IMG/VR virus record: IMGVR_UViG_3300037067_013742
Span: 32,001 to 96,000 of that record
Strand: one strand, 5' to 3'
DNA from: a virus
Taxonomy: Duplodnaviria > Caudoviricetes
DNA: 64,000 nt
Shown here: piece after piece, positions 26,297 through 35,400 of the stretch
Layout of the letters: every line of letters starts with the position of its first letter
Numbering within the stretch: position 1 is the first letter of the stretch
The notes under the pieces: generated by a model
Databases searched by the model: none
What the model saw: the letters and a program-made list of their open reading frames with translations, nothing else
Told to the model about the DNA's origin: nothing
Translations under genes and position numbers: made by a program

Positions 26297-26428
26297 ATAA
26301 GACCATCCTTTCTAGGGGATTGGCTACCCCATAATCTACCTTGAGCGCCCGACACACTTCTATGTCAGGCCCTGCGGTAGCCCTCTTTTTGTCCTTAGAC
26401 AGGGCGAGGAGTTAGTTCCCTGAGAGAT

Positions 26429-26635
26429 CTAGTGGTTGGGGTACATGAACGAGGAGACGATGGCCCCGTAGGCGAGGGACTTGCCCTCCTCCCACGGAGC
26501 CGACTCCTCGATCTTGAGAACGAACTTGTCGCTGTTGCCGCCGCACATCTCAACGATCTCGCCGAGAAGACCGACATCCAGGAGATCGGCATTGAGGAGG
26601 GAGAGCGAACCGTGGATCGAGTTGTACTTGGTCAT
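26429..26635 (-). CDS. hypothetical protein
   Basis: GAAAGG RBS, GC-rich codons. Confidence 0.65.
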   Translation of the reverse strand: MTKYNSIHGSLSLLNADLLDVGLLGEIVEMCGGNSDKFVLKIEESAPWEEGKSLAYGAIVSSFMYPNH

Positions 26636-26738
26636 GTTAGACCCTTTCTTTCGGGGGACTGGTTACCCCATCAGATACCTCTACTTTGGCCTACTATAGG
26701 CTGGGGCCTAGGTTTTCGCACCCCATTATCCGTAGCTT

Positions 26739-26764
26739 GAGCAGTTTAATGTCTTGCTCAGGAC
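26739..26764 (-). ncRNA. small H-type pseudoknot motif, copy 4
   Basis: GTC-CT-GAGCA-A-GAC-ATTAAAC-TGCTC, 13 nt after a stop codon. Confidence 0.65.
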
Positions 26765-26777
26765 GTTGGGGACGCTA

Positions 26778-26999
26778 TCAGTCGCAGTTGGCGCTGCAGC
26801 ACCAGGTGGTCGCCGGCTTTCCGGACTTGTTGCTTGCCGTGTGGGAGAACTCGTAGAAGCCGTAACCGAACGCGCTGTAGTGGCAGTTATCCTGAACCTG
26901 CCTTGCCTCCTCCTCGGTAATGTGGCCCAGAACACAGAACCTCACGTTACGTCCGCTGGTGTCGATCCAGACCTTCTCGCCGATTTGATTCCATGCCAT
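26778..26999 (-). CDS. hypothetical protein, stand-alone paralog of the 24796 domain
   Basis: GAGG RBS before MAWNQIG; shared motifs. Confidence 0.75.
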   Translation of the reverse strand: MAWNQIGEKVWIDTSGRNVRFCVLGHITEEEARQVQDNCHYSAFGYGFYEFSHTASNKSGKPATTWCCSANCD

Positions 27000-27721
27000 G
27001 ATAAGACCTCTTCTTCTACGTAGAGCAGTACTACTACGGCACCATGCCATAGCAGCACATACCCTGTCCGTTGGGCCTGCCTGCGGGTATCGCGCCCACC
27101 TACCCCTAAGGGTGATCACTATGATCAGGCAGACTGATGTAGTACAGCATACTGTATAGGCCCCTGCTGTAGGGGGCACATGTAGGACTATAGTAGTACT
27201 AGTGTACACATAGACATACACTCATGTACTACCTGATGCATGGATAGATGTACTACCCATGTAAGCCTGCTTAGTGCAGGTACAGCATGACTACATGATT
27301 TAGGGATTATGTCCTATGCATATATGTACGCAGATGTAGCATATGGCACATGTACATGTAGCTGCTGTGATGCTGGTCATTCAACTTGTGCTTGTTGTAC
27401 TACTACTAGTAGTTAAACATAAGCGCATCCAACACTATAACTAAGGTAGTTATAGGCGAGATCATAGCTCATAGTACTGTTTCATTTATGCGCGCATCCC
27501 TTTCGACATCACGCATAAAGGCTTAGTACTAGTATTGCTTAGATCCAGTAGCGCATGTTCAGGTAGCTACTAGACTCAGATAAGCCAGTTTCTTATCTGA
27601 CAAGCACTCCAGACTGTTATTCACAAGTCTGGTGGTTAACCGCAACCAGAGCTACCGGAGATCAACCCGGGGGCTCCGAACGTGGCAACCATCCTGAGGA
27701 AAATCCCCAAGATACACGTCC

Positions 27722-27839
27722 AGGTACACAGAAATATTTAAGTTTAGGTTTGGTTTTTGGATTGGGCTTTTTTAAGGTACACAGAAATATTCCATTTTAG
27801 GATCTGAATCCCTATCGACTTTAGGTACACAGAAATATT
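27722..27839. repeat. three exact 17-bp direct repeats AGGTACACAGAAATATT
   Basis: At 27722, 27775 and 27823. Confidence 0.9.
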
Positions 27840-27905
27840 TGGTTTGGGGGAAATTTTCTATTTTTGGATTGGGATTAGTATTGGGAAGATTTGTGATATA
27901 AAGCT

Positions 27906-28508
27906 TTGAGGAGGGTCTTGATGGATAGTGTTCCCGTATATGCTTTTGGTAGTAGTGAACCAGTTACTCGTATTGAGACGGGAAGAGAGTGTGCTCTAAT
28001 AGATAAGTCTTATAGTAAGTTATCTCTTATAGAGAGATTGTGGTGGGCGGTTTCTGGGCGCCGGCCGAAAATAAAAAATCCTTTTGTTCCGGCAGTGACC
28101 TATAAGTTCTATAGTGGGTGTGACTATACTTTCTACCTTATCGAACATCTTCCAAAGGTTTGTGGTGAAGATCCTTCTCCGGAGTCTTACTTAGAAGCCG
28201 TTAGGGGGAAGACTGCAATTCCATTCATTTCTGGAATTAGTTTTTCTTTTAATAAGGGGAAGGGGGTTGTTGAAGGAACCATCCTCTCAATCTTGTCTAC
28301 CGAGTCTCTTACTTATCGGCTTGTAAAGGAGGGGGATTGGGATTTCGTTGGGAAGGTAGCTGATGAATATGGTGGTCTGTCTATAATGGTACTTCCTAAT
28401 TTTAGGATTAATCAGACTTCTTGGGGCATGGGCATTGATGATCTTGTTACAGAAGAGAATTTTACTTTCTCTGCTTCAGAGCCGGGCTTCCTGAAGAAGA
28501 TTCGATAA
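27906..28508 (+). CDS. divergent tail-tube-family paralog
   Basis: YSGCD, ISGIS, ADEYG, WGMGIDDLVTE align with 56850..57539 (FSGCD, IQAIS, ANEYG, WGISIDDLVSE). Confidence 0.7.
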   Translation: MRRVLMDSVPVYAFGSSEPVTRIETGRECALIDKSYSKLSLIERLWWAVSGRRPKIKNPFVPAVTYKFYSGCDYTFYLIEHLPKVCGEDPSPESYLEAVRGKTAIPFISGISFSFNKGKGVVEGTILSILSTESLTYRLVKEGDWDFVGKVADEYGGLSIMVLPNFRINQTSWGMGIDDLVTEENFTFSASEPGFLKKIR

Positions 28509-28535
28509 TTTTTCCCGCCGAAAAAAGATTTCCTA

Positions 28536-28563
28536 TTGACAACTAGGGTAGCTGAATTAAATT
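28536..28563 (+). promoter_or_regulatory. sigma70-type promoter for Hsp20
   Basis: TTGACA-16 nt-TAAATT followed by AGGAGG. Confidence 0.5.
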
Positions 28564-28595
28564 TTTCTCCAGAAAAAAGGAGGAGGTTAAAGGAT

Positions 28596-28934
28596 ATGTT
28601 TACTCTACTAGATCAACTACTAGACTATGAAGACTTTATGAGATTAGGGATGAAGAGGGCTAACTTCTCAGCTGAAGAGAGATGGGAGTTTAATAAAGAT
28701 GGAGATACTGGGGTACTAGAGATAGATCTTCCAGGAGTTAAGAAAGAGGATGTATCTCTGGAGGTGGGTGATGGCCGGCTAGAAATAAAATGGAAGAAGA
28801 AGGGGATTAATCGTAGTCGGTCATTTAAGCTCTCTCCCGAGTATGGTGAGGAAGTTACCGCCAAGATGGAAGATGGAATTCTGGAGATCAGGATGGCCTA
28901 TAGCTCTAAGAGAAAGAAGATAGAGATCGTGTGA
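28596..28934 (+). CDS. Hsp20/alpha-crystallin small heat-shock protein
   Basis: EIDLPGVKKEDV, RSFKL, AKMEDGILEI, KKIEI; ATG start after RBS. Confidence 0.9.
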   Translation: MFTLLDQLLDYEDFMRLGMKRANFSAEERWEFNKDGDTGVLEIDLPGVKKEDVSLEVGDGRLEIKWKKKGINRSRSFKLSPEYGEEVTAKMEDGILEIRMAYSSKRKKIEIV

Positions 28935-28980
28935 TATGCTGTCCCCGTAAGAGACAGATGTTCTGTCTCGGTGAGGGACA

Positions 28981-29145
28981 ATGCCAGAAATCCTGCCCGA
29001 AGCTCTTTGTTTTGATGATATCTTTCTAGTACCTAGACATTCAGACATTTCTTCTAGAGATGAGGTTGACCTTTCGGTCTCTCTTCCGAAGGGTGTTGCC
29101 CTTGGTCTCCCTATTATCTCTGCTCCTATGACTTGGTCGTTATAA
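28981..29145 (+). pseudogene. truncated 5' end of the resident IMPDH/GMP reductase gene (not in ORF track)
   Basis: GAGGG RBS; MPEILPEALCFDDIFLVPRHSDISSRDEVDLS...LPIISAPM then TWSL*. Confidence 0.85.
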
Positions 29146-29169
29146 TTGGGAGTGTGATATGTTCTTCTT

Positions 29170-30771
29170 ATGATTTTAAGAGAATACAGAAAGAAAAGAC
29201 CTAATAATGTACGTATAGATCGCTTTGCTTATGTTCAATGTGACGAATGTGGTAAAGAGTATGAAATCTTGATTTCCAATAGGAAAGCTTCACAGAAAAA
29301 GAAGCTTGGTACTTGTCATGAAGGGTTGGACTATTGCAAGCCTTGTGCTTTTAAGAAAATAGCAGCACCAAAACTTAAGGAGATACAAAAGACTCCTTCT
29401 TGGAAGGAAAAGCAGCATTTGTCACATAAAGGCCAACGTCAGTACCAATGGCGTTTAGATTATAAAGCAGGAAAAGCCTCCACCCCAAGAGGTTATATAC
29501 AAGTTCAAGACGGAAATGGTCGGCTTAGGCCAGAACACGCAATAATAGTTGAGAAGTTGATGGGAAGACTTTTGACTAAAGAGGAACGCATTCATCATAT
29601 CAACCTTGATAAAAGTGACAACAGAGTAGAGAATCTTTGGTGTTGCGTAGACCAAAAGCAACACATGTTGCTTCATGCTCAATTATACGAGATTGCGAAG
29701 GAGCTAATACAAGCAGGAGTAGTTGTATTTAAAGATGGTGTTTATAGCTTAAACACTAGCGGAACCGGTTCTATCTCGTTTGATGATTTTCTCCTTGTAC
29801 CACAGTTTAATGTTGTGAACAGTAGATTAGATACTGATTTAACTACTCGTCTTACCAAGACGAGATTTATAGATCATCCAATTTGTTCCACTAATATGTC
29901 TACTATTACGGAGCTAGAAATGATGAAAGCAATGGACCAATCTGGAAGTGTCGGCTTTCTTCACCGATTTATGTCAATCGAGAAACAGCTAGAGATTATA
30001 TATAAGGCAAAAGAACTTGGGATTCGCTATATTGTTCCATCTCTTGGGGTGAAAGAGCATGACTTTAATAATCTTTCGCTTTTCAATAAAGCTGGGATAG
30101 AAATTATTCTAATTGACGTGGCACATGCTCATTCGACAATGGCTTGTAGACTATTGGAGTATTCTAAAGAACACTTTCCAAATATTGAGGTCATTATTGG
30201 CAATATTTGCACTTCGATTGCCTGCCATGATTTTTGTAGACTTGGTGCAGGTGCTATTAGAGTGGGGATTGGAGGTGGTTCTCAGTGTCTTACTCGCTCA
30301 AATACAGGGCATGGCGTTTCAACTCTACAGTCTATAATTGACTGCTACTCAGTTTCGCGCCATTTTAACGTTCCTCTAATTGCAGACGGTGGTTTTCGAA
30401 ATAGTGGCGATATTGTGAAAGCGTTGGGATTTGGAGCCGAGGCGGTTTCTCTTGGCTGGTTATTATCTGCCTCTTCTGATACTCCTGGTGAGGTTATTAA
30501 TATTAATGGTTCTTTGTTTAAACAGTTTTACGGAATGGCTTCTAAAGAAGCACAGGTGCAATATCTAGGAAAGAGCCGAGAAGATATTTGTCCAGAAGGA
30601 AAGAGTGAGTTGATTATATATCGTGGAGATACTAAAAAAATTCTAGGTGATTTAGTAGGTGGGATAAGAAGTGGTCTTACCTATTCAGGTGCTAGAACGT
30701 TACGGGAATTTCGTGAAAAGGTAAAGGCTCGAAAGATTACTGATCAATCGAAGAGAGAAAGTAAGCTTTAA
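29170..30771 (+). CDS. HNH endonuclease fused to a complete IMP dehydrogenase/GMP reductase domain
   Basis: EH..IVE..MGRLL...E.IHHINLDKSDNRVENL; then FDDFLLVP, IDVAHAHS, GIGGGSQCLTR, IADGG, FYGMAS, GGIRSGLTYSG; no CBS pair. Confidence 0.9.
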   Translation: MILREYRKKRPNNVRIDRFAYVQCDECGKEYEILISNRKASQKKKLGTCHEGLDYCKPCAFKKIAAPKLKEIQKTPSWKEKQHLSHKGQRQYQWRLDYKAGKASTPRGYIQVQDGNGRLRPEHAIIVEKLMGRLLTKEERIHHINLDKSDNRVENLWCCVDQKQHMLLHAQLYEIAKELIQAGVVVFKDGVYSLNTSGTGSISFDDFLLVPQFNVVNSRLDTDLTTRLTKTRFIDHPICSTNMSTITELEMMKAMDQSGSVGFLHRFMSIEKQLEIIYKAKELGIRYIVPSLGVKEHDFNNLSLFNKAGIEIILIDVAHAHSTMACRLLEYSKEHFPNIEVIIGNICTSIACHDFCRLGAGAIRVGIGGGSQCLTRSNTGHGVSTLQSIIDCYSVSRHFNVPLIADGGFRNSGDIVKALGFGAEAVSLGWLLSASSDTPGEVININGSLFKQFYGMASKEAQVQYLGKSREDICPEGKSELIIYRGDTKKILGDLVGGIRSGLTYSGARTLREFREKVKARKITDQSKRESKL

Positions 30772-30772
30772 T

Positions 30773-31084
30773 ATGATCAATATGACTAAAGAAGATAGAA
30801 TTGGTCTTAATAGAAGGAATATTATCTGTGATTCTTCTGGATTAGAAGAGCTTCTTTCTGTCCCGCCAGAAAACGAAGTCATTATCAAGTTTCTTCCCTA
30901 CTTTGACGAGTATCTCTCATTGAGAACTCGTGAGATAGACCGCCCATGGTTTTCTATAATGGACTCAATTCTTAGTTTCTTTCTTGAGACTTGGGACGGA
31001 AATCCTCAGCGTAATAAAGAAAACTTTATCCTTATAGAGAAATTAGCTATAAACTTTCTCCTGGCTGTAGGAGAGGAAATCTAA
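30773..31084 (+). CDS. hypothetical protein
   Basis: Tiled ORF. Confidence 0.6.
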   Translation: MINMTKEDRIGLNRRNIICDSSGLEELLSVPPENEVIIKFLPYFDEYLSLRTREIDRPWFSIMDSILSFFLETWDGNPQRNKENFILIEKLAINFLLAVGEEI

Positions 31085-31683
31085 TGGCTTCCGAAAAAAT
31101 TGAGCAGATCATGGGATGGATTTCTGGCTATTCTCCCGCTATAAAGGAAAACGCCTTAAGGCTTCTTTTGGCTATTGAGGCAGTAGACTCAAGGGCATTT
31201 CCAGATATTCTTAGATGTGATGGTCTTCCGGTCCAGTTTGTCTGGGAGAGTGGAGAGATGGAGCTTTCGTTTGCTATAGAGCCCCTCCTTACTGATGAGC
31301 AAATGGAGCTAGTTATCTCTAGAGTCCTTTTAGATAAAGGGCTTATTCCTCCAATGGAAGAGTCTCTTATGGAAGAATGTGAACTGGATGGTGGTTCTTA
31401 TATGCCCTTAGACTATCTAGAGGAGCTTCGGCTTACGCTAAAATCGTTTATGACACCTCCTGTCTTAGAATCTATAAATAACCTTTGTAGAATTCTTAAC
31501 GCAAAGCCTGTTTCGTCTGAAGCCTATTCTGGTTTATCGCGTAGATCAGAGCATGGCTTCCAATGTAAGTATGCTTTAGCTCATCTAGATAGGTTTAAGA
31601 GAGAGAAGTTAGATAAGACAATTGCGCTTCTAGAAGAGTGTCTTCTGAAAATGAAAGAGCTTAAGTCTGAGAGATCAGACTAG
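31084..31683 (+). CDS. hypothetical protein
   Basis: GAGG RBS, TAATG coupling. Confidence 0.65.
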   Translation: MASEKIEQIMGWISGYSPAIKENALRLLLAIEAVDSRAFPDILRCDGLPVQFVWESGEMELSFAIEPLLTDEQMELVISRVLLDKGLIPPMEESLMEECELDGGSYMPLDYLEELRLTLKSFMTPPVLESINNLCRILNAKPVSSEAYSGLSRRSEHGFQCKYALAHLDRFKREKLDKTIALLEECLLKMKELKSERSD

Positions 31684-31702
31684 ATTCCTGTACAATGCTC
31701 TT

Positions 31703-32419
31703 ATGGATGAAGATAAGTCTATTGTTCCAGCTACAACAAACCTAGCTAGTCTTGAGATAGATAAGAGTAGTCTCTGTTTGTCGGCAGATGACTATTCTAC
31801 TTTGACAATGTCTCCCGCCGCACAAAAAATACTTTCTTCTATAGTGTCAGCTTCTCATGTTGGTTTAGTTTCGGCTGCACCACTTACTTGCCAAGGCCCT
31901 GGAAATTGCCCTTTTGTTACTAGATGCCCAATCTATAGGGCTGATGGTAAAGATGGGCAGTACCCTATTGGTAAGCAGTGTGTTGCAGAAGCAGCCATAA
32001 TTCAGGAGCGGTTTGTTGCCTATGCTGATGAATTAGATAGAGATGGAAAGTTAGTCAACTCTATGACATTTAGGTCCCAGGTCTCTAAGTTAGTAGAGTT
32101 AGATCTCTACGACTATCGTCTGAGTCTCATTCTTGGTGGGGCCGGGGGAACCTCGGATGGATCTCTTCTAATTGAGCAAACAATTGGAATTGATAAGGAT
32201 TCTCAAGAGGAGATAAAGCAGGTTCAAGATCATCCCGCATGGAGGATGAAGGTAAAAGTTCAACAGCAAAGGATGGAGCTTTTGGACTCCATGGGCCTTA
32301 CCGAAAGAAGGAAGGCCGCTATAGACGCAGCCCTTCATCGTAACAGTGAAGAGAACTTCCTATCTAAGTCGATAGAACTTCTTGAAAGGATCGCCAAGAT
32401 AGAGGAAGCTATGGGGTAG
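31703..32419 (+). CDS. Cys-cluster protein, possible terminase small subunit
   Basis: C....CP....CP...C..E, HPAW, helical C-terminus; upstream of terL. Confidence 0.45.
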   Translation: MDEDKSIVPATTNLASLEIDKSSLCLSADDYSTLTMSPAAQKILSSIVSASHVGLVSAAPLTCQGPGNCPFVTRCPIYRADGKDGQYPIGKQCVAEAAIIQERFVAYADELDRDGKLVNSMTFRSQVSKLVELDLYDYRLSLILGGAGGTSDGSLLIEQTIGIDKDSQEEIKQVQDHPAWRMKVKVQQQRMELLDSMGLTERRKAAIDAALHRNSEENFLSKSIELLERIAKIEEAMG

Positions 32420-32431
32420 GACCATAGCTAA

Positions 32432-35400
32432 ATGCCTTTTAAGGGTTTCCTCTTCTACGATATCGAGACTCGTCTTCCATCAGGATACGATAAACCTTTC
32501 TCTGAAAGTGCTAAGAGGGCCCATCAATTATGGGGCTTTCAGTACAAAGTAACCGGTCTCGATCCCGTTGAATCTGTTACTGAAAAGACCAGGATGCTCC
32601 TGGCCAATCCTACTAAGTTCTTATCTCGTAATAAATCTAAAGAAGCTGAGTTCTCGCTTCTAAAGAAAGTTTCTCGTAAATTTAATCCAGACCTTGTTGG
32701 GGTTGGCTGGAATAACCAATCTTTTGATGCCCCGGTTCTAGGACATTCTTTTGGAAGAGCTAAGGCTGGCGGGGCCTTTGCCAAAACCCGACAAGTAGAC
32801 CTTATGGTCGAAGCCCAAAAGGCTTTTGAAAAGATCTATGGGTTTAAGGGTGGGCGACCCTTCTCTCTTCGTGCCTTTACTAATGACTTAATAGAGGTTG
32901 TAACAGAGGGTCTATCTGTAGAAGACAAAGCCTTCTATCTTGCTAGATGGAAGATTAGTGGCGGAAAGGGAAAGATCGCCCTTCGTTCTGGTGAGGAGCT
33001 ATCTGGAGAGAACTACTGGAAGGCTTTAGGCGAAAAGGGAAAGGGAAGTGCTCTAAGAAGTGCTCATAAATATAGTATTAGAGACGTAGACATCCTTCCG
33101 TTCATAGAAGCTCATACTCGTCTTGCTCATCATGCAATAGACGGTTCTGTTGAAGTCAATATGCGGCTTCTAAAGAAGATGAAGAGGTATGAGCAGGCAG
33201 AAGCTGCCGTTAAAGCTTTCCCAGAGTTGTTCAATGGGTCTAATAAGAATGGCCCGAGAATTCAGCTTACTAGTGAAGAGACAACCGGTAAATCCTGGCT
33301 CTCTAAGTGGATGAGAGATGAGGGGAAGAGGGGAAAGCTTGGTCTTGTTACTGGAGATGTAGCGTGGATAGCTAACGATAGAAGAGTTGCTGGAAGTCGT
33401 TCGGGTATCGTCGCCGCGCAAATCAAGTACAGGGGTGAGTACCATCGTTTCGACTTAACCTCTCAGTCTGGCAAGTTGGGAATGTACCAACTTCAACAGA
33501 AGATGGCTTTGGAGATTGGAGATACTAGAGCTCTAAAGAATTTAGAGAAGAGGATTGCCCATCTTACTTACCAGACTCCCTTCTCGGCTATTAATCCCAA
33601 GATTGCCAAAGGTCCCGCTGCGAAGATAGGTACTCGTCTAGCCCGACGCTCTATCCTCTCTCCTGAACTAAGAGAGATTTTTAGTCTTGGTGGTGCAACC
33701 AGACGAGAGATGCTTGCTCCTCGTTTAGAGGGAATGCGGGCAGTAGAGATAGTTCAGAACTATCTGAAAAAGAAAGAGATTCCTCTACTTAGGACTGGAG
33801 ACGATGTAAGAAACTTCCTGGTAAGCAGGAAGATGAATGTTAGTGAAGCTACTAAAGCGGCAGAAGAAATTACCAATACTGGAAAACTTGGCTCATCTTT
33901 CCGTAAGGAGGGAATTGAGGGCGTCTATGTAGCTTCAAGAGAAAAATTAGCCTCTATGGGTTATAAGAAGCCTGGTCTAACTGGGGCTACGATAGCCGTA
34001 CATGAGGCTCTTGAGGGACAGATTAGATCTTCTGGTGGATTAGACGAGGCTTGGAAAACTGTTTCTAGTCATACTAGCCATCGAATTTATGGCGCCGAGA
34101 TGGAATTTGCGGCCATGCTCGGCCCCGATGCGGTTAGGGAGCTTTCTCTTAGAAGAGGTCGGGAGATTGCACAACTAGCTGGAAAGCTAGGGACTCCAGA
34201 GCTAAAGTCTGCTGAGAATTACCTAAGCAATCTGCCGAAGCTCTATCATCAGATCCTAACCAATCGCGGATATTCAAAAGAAGAAGTTTCTGAGTTTATC
34301 GAGCCGTTCCTACATGCTCCGATATCTGGGAAGGCTTCTTCTGTAGCCAAGGCAGCTTCTCAACCAGCAAAGTTAGGAGAGCAGGCTGCTCATACGCTAG
34401 ATGCTTTAGGTCCTGAGTCTAGACTTTTTAAGTTAAGTAAGGGTATTCCACTTGCTATCGGTACTGCTATTGGGGCGGATGTTCTTCTCTCTAAAGATAA
34501 GACTGGGCCATTTTGGGGTGGGGTTGCGGCTATTGGAGCCTTAGTGGGCTCTGGCTTCCTCGCCAAGGGGATGAGCGGCGGGAGGAGGGCTGGTCTTGCA
34601 GGTGCTGCCTACCTAGTCACCAGGCTTATTGTAGGTGGCATTGCGGGTAGTATGGACGCTGGCCATGATCCGGCAATTGAGGGTCTTAACGAAAGTGGGT
34701 TTGCGGGAACTCGTTCTCTTGAAACTGACTTTGGTTCTGGTTGGAAGGGACTAGCCAGTCAGAGACAGCTTCGTTCTATTTTTGCGGGGGATCATCACAT
34801 TAGTCTATTTGGGCCAGCCAGAGCCAGAGTGGGTTTAGCCAGTGCCCATAATTCAATTATAGAAGGTCTTCATGATAATGGCTTTAGTGCTGGTCTAAGG
34901 CATAGAACTACAGACTTTGGATCTGGATTCTCGCGGGCGGCTAGAACAGCAGTTGAAAAGCTCGGCAAGTTCTTTGGAAGAGCGAGGAGAGCAACTACTT
35001 CCAGTACAGTAAAGGCTGTCGAAACTATTATCCCTGAAGTCCCAGAGGGTTTTGCAAGAGCTCTTGATCGTACCGAAGAGGAAGCAAGCGTTATCTGGAC
35101 CAGTCCCGCTGCGCAAAGATGGTGGAACTGGAGAACTAGTCAGTCTGCTGAAAGGATAAACGAGCCAACTGAGGCCATTTTAAATGCCCTCCCTAATAAG
35201 CAGATTCCAAAGACTTTAACTCCAAGGACCTTAGGTGCTAGTGAGTCTCAAGTTATTTCCCCAGCACAAACAACTACCAAGTCTCTAGATAAGATTAGTG
35301 GTCAGTTTGCTAAAAGTCATAATCCGGAGATCATTCCTGGTACTCCCAAGAACCCGGTTTCTGGTGCGGGCGAACCAGTAAATGATGCTAAGTCATGGCT

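Noticed and set aside
26999-27221. N-terminal extension of ORF 26778..27221
   Set aside because: Falls in the palindromic non-coding region; paralog similarity and the RBS begin at 26999.
27722-27839. Mini CRISPR array
   Set aside because: Repeats are only 17 bp with no dyad, spacers are low-complexity and T-rich, and no cas operon is present; iteron-like sites fit better.
29170-29770. Intein or intron explaining the HNH inside the IMPDH locus
   Set aside because: No Cys/Ser...His-Asn termini; the enzyme N-terminus is duplicated rather than interrupted.
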